DNA from: Phyllobates terribilis
Lineage: Eukaryota
Reading direction: 5' to 3'
NCBI RefSeq assembly: GCF_046119375.1
Contig: NW_027362761.1
Span: 1,194,802,001-1,194,866,000, forward strand
DNA: 64,000 bases
Shown: positions 1-11,318 of the stretch, in pieces
How the letters are laid out: each line of letters starts with the position of its first letter
Position numbering within the stretch: position 1 is the first letter of the stretch
Program-made: the position numbers and the translations under genes
Notes under the pieces: model-generated
Told to the model about the DNA's origin: nothing
Databases searched by the model: none
What the model saw: the letters and a program-made list of their open reading frames with translations, nothing else

Positions 1-1062
1 CTGAAGAAAAATTATTGCAGCTTATAGAATTAATGAATATTTAACTATGGATAAGTTTTATTTCAATTTAATAAAAAAAAAAGTAAAAAAGTATTAAAAG
101 AGAAAAAAAGAAAATAAATCGTCAAAAGAAAAGTCTACAAAAAAAAAAATTAGTCTACAAAAATCACAAAAAAATAGTATTGTTAAATATTTATTTCGTC
201 TAGTTCTTAGAGGCTTTTTATTTTGGGAAATCAAACTGCTGAATAATACTTAAGATAGATTCAAACATTTTGGGGGAAGATGAAAACAAACTGGACTCAG
301 CTTTTTTTTTTTTTTATTTTTTTTTATCTCTAAAGAGCCATGTGGTATTTCCCATTACAAATGAGGGCTTTTGGGATCACAGCTTGAAATCCTACAAGAC
401 AGATTGATGAGATGATATCACTCAGTGGGCTGTTATCTCATTGACAATAGAGCACTAACAAAAATGGAGGTTACGGAGAGCAAAACTCAGAGTCATTTCA
501 ATTTATTTTTATTTCAGACTTTATATTTAGCCAGAGGTCTAAGATGGAGAATATATTGTCTGCGCGATTTGTTATAAACTCAAAAGTTTGACTGACTTGT
601 AGGTTGACATTAATATTGAACAATTTCACAGAGTTTTACAGGTAAAAGGTTGTAGAAACTTTTGCAAGATGGCTAGTTCAAACGTTGGTGGTTGAAATAA
701 ATTGTCCAATATATATGAGCGAAATGTATAAATTTAGACCCATCCATAAATCTGGCCATATACATTGGATAAGAATTGGTCGGATCCAATAATTTAGACT
801 TTTTTCAATGCCTTAAGAATTTTTTTTTTCCCCAATTTAATAAACCGGCATGTTTACAAGGTGTAAAGGAATAGTTGTCATGTGAACAGGTACTTGATGG
901 CTTGACTTTATTTTTAAGTTTCTTAGATTTAAATAAAAAGGGCAGCATGCCTGAACTACAGATGAGCAGAACGATTTGAGGTGGATAAAACTTACTTCAA
1001 ATATTTACAGAAAACCCCACAAATTTTCCCGAACCCCAAATTTGATTATTGCAATTTCTTAA

Positions 1063-1703
1063 AAGGAGTCAGTCAGCCCAAAATGCATTTTAAATGGGCT
1101 ATAAAGTGTTGTAGGAGAGTTAGCCTCTATAAGAACCATACTAAAACTGTATACATAACTGGTACAATGCCTGAGAAAATAACTTAATTCATATGCAAAT
1201 GAGGGGGGCCCCTCATTTGCATATTGGAGTCCTTACCCCACTTTTGATTGACAGTGCTCTCTTCCCAGAGTGAGCACTATCTGAATGACATATGTGCGTC
1301 AGTTCACCCCTTGGTCTCTGTGTGTTCTCCTCTCTGTCACCTTTCTTCTGAGGCTACTCGCTGGATTTCCAGGTGTATTAGTGTAGCAGAAGAAAGGAGA
1401 TAAGGAGAACTCTTGCAGTTGCAGACATGCTGGCAGCATTTAGACACTCTGGGAAGTGAGAGCTGTCAATCAAATGGAGGGGAAGGGTCTCAATATGTAA
1501 ATGAGAAGGCATAACAGTGCACCAAACTGTTGGCTACACCAAGGGTGCATGGGAGCCTCCACATTTGCATATGAATTAAAAGTTATTTTCTCAGGCACTG
1601 TACCTGAAACAGGTATAGTGTTAGTATAGTTGATAGAGGGACTTAGCGCCCTACAACACTGTATAGCCCATTTAAAATACATTTTAGAAGTGATGAATTC
1701 CTT
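1063..1703. mobile_element. Kolobok/T2-type MITE with ~140 bp imperfect terminal inverted repeats
   Basis: TTAA at 1059-1062 and 1704-1707. Left end AAGGAGTCAGTCAGCCCAAAATGCATTTTAAATGGGCTATA is the inverse of the right end TATAGCCCATTTAAAATACATTTTAGAAGTGATGAATTCCTT. Arms ~1063-1200 and ~1560-1703. Confidence 0.7.
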
Positions 1704-2005
1704 TTAAATCAAGCAAAATGGAAACCTATTTGGCCAGAAAGGGTTAAAAATATTAAAGAAATTGTATACTCACTTCTCATTTGCTCTGGCATTGCAATTC
1801 TTAGTCAAGTCCTCCAGTGGATATCGCTTCCTCACTTCCGTTCCATCTTCATTCTTCTAAGCTTCATTGACATTATGATGTTTCATGGGACCAGAGATAT
1901 CAAACATTGATGAAGACTGAAGATGGGAAAAGAAAATTGCTGCCAAACAGAGAAAGCGAGTTAACGGAGGATTGGCTACCGGGTCAACTGTTATATGTAT
2001 GTATT

Positions 2006-2510
2006 CAGTGCTCAGCATAAATGAGTACATCCCCTACTTCATCTAGTATTTCGTATGACCTTCATGATTTTCAAGGACAGCATCAAGTCTTCAAAGAATG
2101 GAGTGATGAAGTTGGTGATATATTGTAACATCCATGTTTTTCCATTCTTCAAGAATGAGCTCTTCTAGAGTCTGGATGCTTAATGGAGAGTGTTGACAAT
2201 TTGTCTCTTCAGAATACCCCATAAGTGTTAGGATGGGTTCACATCAGGAGACACCTGACCACTGAATCACATTCAACCTGTTCTTCTTCAGAAAAGCAAA
2301 AGATGTGTATTTTGGATCATTGTCATGTTGTAAAAGAGCACTATCACGAAGAGCACAGAGTGATGTGAGCAACTTCTCTTTCACTATGGAGCAATACATC
2401 TGTGAATTCATGATACCATCAATAACATGTAGCTCCCAACACCAGCAGTGCTCATGCAGCCCCACATAAGGACACAGCCACCACCATGTTTCACTGTAGG
2501 CACCTTGCAA
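2006..2510 (-). pseudogene. Tc1 transposon 3' fragment (TIR plus degraded DDE C-terminus)
   Basis: TIR-like CAGTGCTCAGCATAAATGAGTACATCCC at 2006. ORF 2244..2576(-) contains ELHVIDGIMNSQMYCSI and LLQHDNDPKYTS...NVIQW, the Tc1 QDNDPKH and WPxxSPDLNP region, with frameshifts. Confidence 0.75.
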
Positions 2511-3386
2511 TTTGAAAAATATTCTAAAAAATTGCATGGTGTCTACAGTGCCCCATGTCCTTATGTGGGGCTGCATGAGCGCTGCTGGTGTTTAGGGAGC
2601 TACATTTCATTGATAGAATCATGAATTCACAGATGTAGTGCTCTATATTGATAGACAAGACGCTACCACTCCATGCTCTAGTGGGAGCAAACTTCCTGTT
2701 ATGATGTCTCCCAAACACAGCACACCCAGACATGAGGGATCCCAGCTTTCCTGTATCTATGTACCACATGTTCAGAAGCACTAGCAGCAGCATGGAGGAT
2801 CTAATGCAACAGTACTGAGCAGTGTAGCTGTGAATTCAACACTGTGTTGAAATAAAACACTAGCAGAAGCATAGGACGGCAGGTGTCCTTCTGCTTGTCA
2901 CTAACACTCATCTCCTCCATTCTTCAGGCCTCTCTTTAGACTTCAATAGGCAGTTATAATTTGATCTCTCAGTGACCTGGTAATCTCATTAAAAGCAAAA
3001 AGAATTTTAAGTTTTTCAGAGTTTATATTAAGTTCAGGAGGCAGTGGGGAGGGGAAACACTTCTAGAGAAAGAAGTATATTGATTTACACAAATGTTTTG
3101 ATATGACATTATCTATGTAAAGATAGGACATCAATGCTTACTCCCCTTCCAAAAAAGATTATAGTATCCTTTATACCTTTTCTTTCAGATATTATACAAT
3201 ATAAAGTTTAAGCTAGTTTTTAATATATTATTTTGCCTTTACACAAAATGTAGCCAGAAGGTAAATCTTTTGTAAACTTGACCCCCTCTTTGGATAATAG
3301 CAAAAAATGAAGTGAAAAATCTAAAATGAAATATAAAATTCCCCAAAACTTTTTTTGTATTTTCAGGTGTTATTATATCTCGGCAA

Positions 3387-6300
3387 TAGAGATGAGCGGT
3401 GTTCGACTAGAACTGTTCGCCAATCTCAAATTCGAGCTGTTTTGGGCGGTGTTCGAGTTGTTCGACGAACCCGAACGATTTGCAAAAAATTCGGCTGTTC
3501 GAGGTTATGTTCGATAACTGTTCGTGCACCAAAAGCGTGTCCTGCATGTCTGGCGCTATTTAGAGCACCAATCATGCAGGGATTGTCTGCCACTCACTGT
3601 AATGCCACAGCCATGGTGGTTGTGGCATTACAGTGATTGCCCAAATCGATGGGAACAGTGCCAACAGTGAAACATGAAAAGCCGGCAATTCAGCAGCGGC
3701 ATACACCTGTACCCGACAATTTAGAACCGAAAGAATAGAGCTTCACACATAGATTAGATAGATATAAATATGTCAGCCACATATATACGAAGCACAGTGA
3801 CAGTGTTGCTTACTGTACTTGTCATTTAGCGTAAAGGATTTATCAAAAAAAATAATAGTGTTTTCATGCACTGTCTCTTTAAAAAAGCCGGCCGGCAATT
3901 CAGCAGCGGTACCCGACAATTTATAACAGACAGAATAGAGCTTCACACATAGATTAGATAGATAGAAACATGTCAGCCACATATATACGAAGTACAGTGA
4001 CAGTGTTGCTTACTGTACTTGTCATTTAGCGTAAAGGATTTATCAAAAAAAATAATAGTGTTTTCATGCACCGTCTCTTTAAAAAAGCCGGCCGGCAATT
4101 CAGCATCTGTACCCGACAATTTAGAACAGAAAGAATAGAGAATCACACATAGATTAGATAGATAGAAACATGTCAGTCACATATATATGAAGTACAGTGA
4201 TAGTGTTGGTTACTGTACTTGTCATTTAGTATTAAAATAAAGGATTTATTATTAAAAAAATTGGCGTGGGGTTCCCCTTAATTTTAGTCTCTAGCGGAGG
4301 TTAAGCAGACGGCTGGGGCAGATGTTTGAAGCCTGGGAAGGGGGTAATACCCACGGAGCTTCCCAGGCTACTAATATCAGCCCCCAGCTGAATACATAGC
4401 CTTTACTAGCTATTAAAATGGGGGACACCCCAAAAAAAATGACGTGGGGTCCCCCCTAATTTAATAGCTAGCAAAGGCTAGGCAGACAGCTGGGGGCTGA
4501 TATTAATAGCCCAGGAAGGGAGCCATGAATATTGGCCCCCTCCCAGGCTAGAAACACCAGCCGTCAGCCGCCCCAGAAATGGCGCATTCATAGGATGCGC
4601 CAATTCTGGCACTTAGCCTCGCTCTTCCACGCTGCCCTGGTGCGGTGGCAGGGGGTAATAGGGTTGGGGTTGATGTCAGCTTATAATGCCAGCTGACATC
4701 AAGCCCAGGTTAGTAATGGAGAGGCGTCTATAAGACACCCCCATTACTAACCCCATAGTCAAAGTTAAAAAAAACACAAACACCCAGAATAAAGTCCTTT
4801 AATTGAAATAAAGACACAATCCTTTAATGTTCTAAATTAAACCATACTTACTGTCACGCCCATTCCAGCTGAAGCCAACGATCTCCTGCAATAAAAGAAA
4901 AATAATAAAGCAACCTCATCCTTACCTTTCCATGGTTCCCACGACAGCTTCAGCTCTGCTACATCGAGATGACAGGCTGGACCGCAGCAGAACGCTGCCA
5001 TCCAGCCTCTCATCCCGCAGACACTGAGAAGCGCAGGCTTGCTTGCGCTGCTCAGCGTCTCTCTGTGACGACATCCAGATGAGCCGAGTTCATGTCCAAT
5101 GAACTCGGCTCACCTCATGCACGTCACTGACAGCGTGGGAAAATTCTCACGCTGAAGCGGTGAGTGCAGGAGAATTCTCCCACGCTGTCAGTGACGTGCA
5201 TAAGGTGAGCTCATGTCCAATGAACTCAGCTCACCTCCTGCACTTCACTGACAGCGTGGGAGAATTCTCCTGCACTCAGCGCTTCAGCGTGAGAATTCTC
5301 CCACGCTGAAGCGCTGAGTGCAGGAGAATTTTCCCACGCTGTCAGTGACGTGCATGAGGTGAGCCGAGTTCATTGGACATTAACTCGGCTCATCTGGATG
5401 CCCTCACAGAGAGACACTGTGGAGCGCAAGCAAGCCTGCGCTTCTCAGTGTCTGCGGGATGAGAGGCTGGATGGCAGCGTTCTGCTGCGGTCCAGCCTGT
5501 CATCTCGATGTAGCAGAGCTGAAGCTGTCATGGGAACCATGGAAAGGTAAGGATGAGGTTGCTTTATTATTTTTCTTTTATTTCAGGAGATCGTTGGCTT
5601 CAGCTGGAATGGGCGTGACGGTAAGTATGGTTTAATTTAGAACAATAAAGAATTGTGTGTTTATTTCAATTAAAGGACTTTTTTCTGGGTGTTGTGTTTT
5701 TTTTAAATACTTTACTAGAAATTCATGGTGGTCATGTCTAATATTGGCGTGACCCCATGAATTTCGGGCTTAGGGCCAGCTGATAATACCAAGCTGGCCC
5801 TAACCCCTTTATTACCCAGTGAGCCACCGCATCAGGGCCCTGGATGAGTTGGGTACAGCGCCAGAAGATGGCGCTTCTATGAACGCGCCATTTTCCGGGG
5901 TGGCTGCGGACTGCAATTTGCAGCGGGGGTGGCCCAGAAAGCTTGGGCCTCCCTGCACTGCGGATTCCAGCCCCCAGCTGCCTAGTTGTACCTGGCTGGA
6001 CACAAAAACAGGGCGAAGCCCCACGTCAATTTTCTTTAAATTATTTCATGAAATACTTAAGAAAAAAAGGGCTTCCCTATATTGTTGTGTCCGGCCAGGT
6101 ACAAATAGGCAGATGGTGGTTGGGGGCAGCCCGTTCCTGCCTGCTGTACCTGGCTGGACACAAATATAGTGCGAAGCCCCACGTCAATTTTTTTTAAATT
6201 ATTTCATGAATTTCCTGAAATAATTTAAAAAAATTGAAGTGGGGCTTCGCACTATATTTGTGTCCAGCCAGGTACAGCAGGCAGGAACGGGCTGCCCCCA

Positions 6301-9109
6301 TCCACCAGCTGCCTATTTGTACCTGGCCGGACACAACAATATAGGGAAGCCCTTTTTTTCTTAATTATTTCATGAATTTCATGAAATATTTAAAAAAAAT
6401 TGAAGTGGGGCTTCGCACTATATTTGTGTCCAGCCAGGTACAGCAGGCAGGAACGGGCTGCCCCCAACCACCAGCTGCCTATTTGTACCTGGCCGGACAC
6501 AACAATATAGGGAAGGCCTTTTTTTCTTAATTATTTCATGAATTTCATGAAATAATTAAAAAAAAGTACGTGGGGCTTCGCCCTATTTTTGTGTCCAGCC
6601 AGGTACAACTAGGCAGCTGGGGGCTGGAATCTGCAGCGCAGGGAGGCCCAAGCTTTCTGGGCCCCCCCCCCGCTACAAATTGCAGTCCGCAGCCACCCCG
6701 GAAAATGGCGCGTTCATAGAAGCGCCATCTTCTGGCGCTGTACCCAACTCATCCAGGGCCCTGGTGCGGTGGCTCACTGGGTAATAAAGGGGTTAGGGCC
6801 AGCTTGGTATTATCAGCTGGCCCCAAGCCCAAAATTCATGGGGTCACGCCAGTATTAGACATGACCGCCATGAATTTCTAGTAAAGTATTTAAAAAAAAC
6901 ACAACACCCAGAATAAAGTCCTTTAATTGAAAAAAAGACACAATTCTTTATTGTTCTAAATTAAACCATACTTACCATCACACCCATTCCAGCTGAAGCC
7001 AACGATCTCCTGCAATAAAAGAAAAATAATAAACCAACCTCATCCTTACCTTTCCATGGTTCCCACGACAGCTTCAGCTCTGCTACATCGAGATGACAGG
7101 CTGGACCGCAGCAGAACGCTGCCATCCAGTCTGTCATCCCGCAGACACTGAGAAGCGCAGGCATGCTTGCGCTCCTCACTGTCTCGCTGTGACGGCATCC
7201 AGATGAGCCGAGGTCATGTCCAATGAACTCGGCTCACCTCATGCACGTCACTGACAGCGTGGGAAAATTCTCACGCTGAAGTGCTGAGTGCAGGAGAATT
7301 CTCCCACGCTGTCAGTGATGTGCATGAGGTGAGCTCATGTCCAATGAACTCAGCTCACCTCCTGCACGTCACTGACAGCGTGGGAAAATTCTCCTGCAAT
7401 CAGCGCTTCAGCGTGAGAATTTTCCCACGCTGTCAGTGACGTGCATGAGGTGAGCCGAGTTCATTGGACATGACCTCGGCTCATCTGGATGTCGTCACAG
7501 AGAGACGCTGAGCAGCGCAAGCAAGCCTGCGCTTCTCAGTGTCTGCGGGATGAGAGGCTGGATGGCAGCGTTCTGCTGCGGTCCAGCCTGTCATCTCGAT
7601 GTAGCAGAGCTGAAGCTGTCGTGGGAACCATGGAAAGGTAAGGATGAGGTTGCTTTATTATTTTTCTTTTATTGCAGGAGATCGTTGGCTTCAGCTGGAA
7701 TGGGCGTGATGGTAAGTATGGTTTAATTTAGAACAATAAAGGATTGTGTCTTTATTTCAATTAAAGGACTTTATTCTGGGTGTTTGTGTTTTTTTTAACT
7801 TTTACTATGGGGTTAGTAATGGGGGTGTCTTATAGACGCCTCTCCATTACTAACCTGGGCTTGATGTCAGCTGGCATTATAAGCTGACATCAACCCCAAC
7901 CCTATTACCCCCTGCCACCGCACCAGGGCAGCGTGGAAGAGCGAGGCTAAGTGCCAGAATTGGCGCATCCTATGAATGCGCCATTTCTGGGGCGGCTGAC
8001 GGCTGGTGTTTCTAGCCTGGGAGGGGGCCAATATTCATGGCTCCCTTCCTGGGCTATTAATATCAGCCCCCAACTGTCTGCCTAGCCTTTGCTAGCTATT
8101 AAATTAGAGGGGACCCCACGTCATTTTTTTGGGGGGGTCCCCCATTTTAATAGCTAGTAAAGGCTATGTATTCAGCTGGGGGCTGATATTAGTAGCCTGG
8201 GAAGCTCCGTGGGTATTACCCCCTTCCCAGGCTTCAAACATCTGCCCCAGCCGTCTGCTTAACCTCCGCTAGAGACTAAAATTAAGGGGAACCCCACGCC
8301 AATTTTTTTAATAATAAATCCTTTATTTTAATACTAAATGACAAGTACAGTAACCAACACTATCACTGTACTTCATATATATGTGACTGACATGTTTCTA
8401 TCTATCTAATCTATGTGTGATGCTCTATCTTTCTGTTCTAAATTGTCGGGTACAGATGCTGAATTGCCGGCCGGCTTTTTTAAAGAGACAGTGCATGAAA
8501 ACACTATTATTTTTTTAAATAAATCCTTTACACTAAATGACAAGTACAGTAAGCAACACTATCACTGTACTTATTATATATGTGACTGACATGTTTCTAT
8601 CTATCTAATCTATGTGTGAAGCTCTATTCTTTCTGTTCTAAATTGTCGGGTACAGATGCTGAATTGCCGGCCGGCTTTTTTAAAGAGACGGTGCATGAAA
8701 ACACTAATATTTTTTTTAATAAATCCTTTACACTAAATGACAAGTGCAGTAACCAACACTGTCACTGTGCTTCTTATATGTGTGACTGACATGTTTCTAT
8801 GTATCTAATCTATGTGTGATGCTCTATTCCTTCTTGTCTAAATTGTCGGGTACCGGTGTATGCCGCTGCTGAATTTGCCGGCCGGCTTTTTTAAAGAGAG
8901 TGTCTTCTGAGCAGTTTGTCAGCTTTTGGACACCTTTGCAGGTGTTTTCTATGTGTTTCTATGTGTTTTTATTTGCCTGCCATTGGTTTTAACGGTGTTC
9001 GACGGTGTTCTAAGGTGTTCGACGAACAGTTCGACGAACAGTTCCTCGAACATCCCGGTGTTCGACGAACCGAACCGAACCCGAACACTACAGGGGTGGC
9101 TCAACACTA
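3387..9109 (+). mobile_element. Non-autonomous hAT element with foldback interior, copy 1 (5723 bp)
   Basis: Ends TAGAGATGAGC...GCTCAACACTA. Perfect 8-bp TSD CTCGGCAA at 3379-3386 and 9110-9117. GTTCG/CGAAC subterminal repeats. Strand assigned by homology of its left subterminal hairpin to the 5' end of the large hAT at 41071. Confidence 0.92.
3682..8885. repeat. ~5.2 kb nested palindrome T-P-[Q-S-Q']-[U-V-U']-[Q-S-Q']-P'-T'
   Basis: ~200-bp T units start at 3682, 3892 and 4092 and are mirrored at ~8461, 8662 and 8872. P ~4250-4800 is the inverse of ~7800-8330. Q ~4800-5100 is inverted at ~5380-5700 and the pair repeats at ~6900-7800. U ~5700-6000 is inverted at ~6600-6900. Confidence 0.9.
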
Positions 9110-9622
9110 CTCGGCAACCTTATTGAAAAGAAGAACAGAAGGAAATTGGATGGACATCATTGATCTCAGTGCTGTCATGGAAAGTCTATGCACTTGTCTA
9201 TGACAAAAGTCACTACAGAAAAATGTAGAGTTTTCTGTAAAGTGAATGTACCCAAGATGGAAATAATCACCACTTGTGCCAAGATCTCGTCTAAAATATA
9301 TGAAAGGATGTCCTTTATTTTTTTTATATATATATTTTTTTTCAATTTCGTATTGATATTTAAAATTCAAATATTTGGGAAAAAAAGAAAGTTCTAAGTG
9401 ATCTCCAAATGCAAGCCAAGCAAACAGACTACAGCAACACCATCAATGAAATACATTGCTTATGAAATGAAACATGATATAAAGAAAAAAGACTGTACAA
9501 TTCCGAACTGAAGCTATCTTTAAGCATTCAATAACAGCAGAAAATATTGCACATTCGGCAACAATTTAACCAGTATCTGTAGATGACATTTCTTATAGAA
9601 TTTAATGCTTGGTTTTCTTCAG

Positions 9623-9678
9623 ACTCGACAGGATGAATCATCTTTTGAGAAATACAACCGTTAAATTCCATCTTATAG
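9623..9678 (+). other. Candidate 56-nt internal exon of an unidentified gene
   Basis: Acceptor GGTTTTCTTCAG and donor TAG|GTGAGT. One open frame, LDRMNHLLRNTTVKFHLI. Protein not recognised; splice-like sites occur by chance. Confidence 0.3.
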
Positions 9679-10334
9679 GTGAGTTGTTCAGTTGTACAGC
9701 TGACTTTGCACCATGTATTAGAAATGTTTTTTTTTTATTAGCACTTCTCTGTTAAACTTTATTCAATCTCTGAAATGTGACCCAATGGGGGAAATTTATC
9801 AATGGTGTCAGAATGTAAATTGATGAAAAAAATTATCCAAATAGTGGAAGGTGAAAAATGGCGTTGCCTTATCATTTCTCTTGGATGGCATATACTTTAT
9901 GCAGAATAATATTTGAAGCAAGAAATAACCGTTTTAGATGTAGCAACCTTGGCCTTAAAGGGGTTGTCCAGGTGTCAGGACTGCGAATATTTTTAATGAC
10001 ATTTTGGCCATTTTTGCCCTCTTTCAAGATGGTGTCTTTTGTCTCATGTGCCCCTTGTCTTCCTGCTTTATAACTCCACCCCAGCCTCTAATCAGTGCTA
10101 GAGTATTCTGCCTGTGACCTGTTCTTGGTGGTTTCCTAGTTTCCTGCTCTGCCCTGCAGACTTGTGTGGATCTTCTGTTACCTGCTCCCAGAGATTCTGC
10201 TGCATTCAGTTGTTACCTGTAATCCTCCTTCTCCTGGCTGCTCCTGCTGCTACCTCTGAGCCTCAGTCTTCACCTGCATTCTGCTAACAAGTAAGCTGGT
10301 TTCTGCTCTGACTCACCTGCATTAGATAGCTGCA

Positions 10335-10691
10335 GAGCACGGGACTGTGCTGCACTATCAGGGACTTCCTACCCAGGCGTCCCTGGATTATCTAATATAT
10401 ATATTGTATGGACTTCCTTGCATGGACTTGCTAGAGACTTCCTTGTTTTCTAGCATCCTCTAGTGTGAACTGTGCTTTACTGATTGCTTTGCTGATTGCA
10501 TTTAGAGCATGGGACTGTGCTACATTATCTGGGACTTCCTACCCAGACCTCCCTGGATTATCTAATATATATTGTTTGGACTTCCTTGCATCTATATATA
10601 TATTTGAATATGGACTTGATAAAGACTTCTTTGTTTTCTAACATCCGCTAGTGTGAACTGCGCTTTACAAACTGCTCTGCTGATTGCATTT
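10335..10691. repeat. Tandem duplication (~170-190 bp) in an LTR-like pyrimidine-rich segment (~10070-10830)
   Basis: AGAGCA(C/T)GGGACTGTGCT...GGGACTTCCTACCCAG...CTAGTGTGAACTG...GCTGATTGCATTT occurs twice (~10335-10503 and ~10503-10691). No termini or TSD found. Confidence 0.6.
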
Positions 10692-11318
10692 TCCCCTGAG
10701 TTGTTTATGGACTTTGTGTTTTCATCTGCACTTGTTTGAAACACCGTGTGTTTTTAATATACACTATAATATACACTTTGACACCTATAAGCTGTGTTCT
10801 GTTGTATCTTTGTTCCACGCAAAAAGACTCCTGTGGTATCCATTATAATTATTTCACCAGGTTAGGGATGAAAGCCTTGAAGACTGTAGACTTGTGAATC
10901 CTCACAACGTGAATTGTCAGGATTTTCTAGTCCCGGCCACGAGAGCGGATGGTCATGTGCTAGTAAATATCTGATTTTGCATACTTGACATCACTTGACC
11001 ACCCGCTCTCATCGCTGGCAACAGAGAACTCTGACAGTGCGCACGCTTTGAGGATTACCAAGTCTTCAGTCACAGGCTTCAAGGGTTTTTAGGTAGTTTT
11101 TTTGTGTGAAATAGTTTTAAATTTTGCCGCATACCTTTTATTCCACCAACATTTTTATTTATTTATTTGTTTTGCAGTTTAACGCCCCCTTGTCACTTTT
11201 AAGAATTGGATGTCATCTGGGAGGAACTAGCTATGCAAATAGGGTTTAAGCTACATTTATTAATTCCAACTTTTTAAAAAGTTGCACAAAAAGTAACAAA
11301 GTAAAAAGTGGGAAACTA

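Noticed and set aside
603-641. 39-nt exon VDINIEQFHRVLQ
   Set aside because: The acceptor lacks a pyrimidine tract and the donor is modest; this is expected by chance.
3682-4250. Regular ~200-bp repeats, also the 13255, 36384, 41720 and 46960 arrays, as CRISPR-like
   Set aside because: The units are tandem with no unique spacers, the context is eukaryotic, and there are no cas genes.
4845-4860. ATACTTAC(C) matching the U1 snRNA 5' end
   Set aside because: No U1 body follows; it is the reverse complement of a splice-donor motif in the Q arm.
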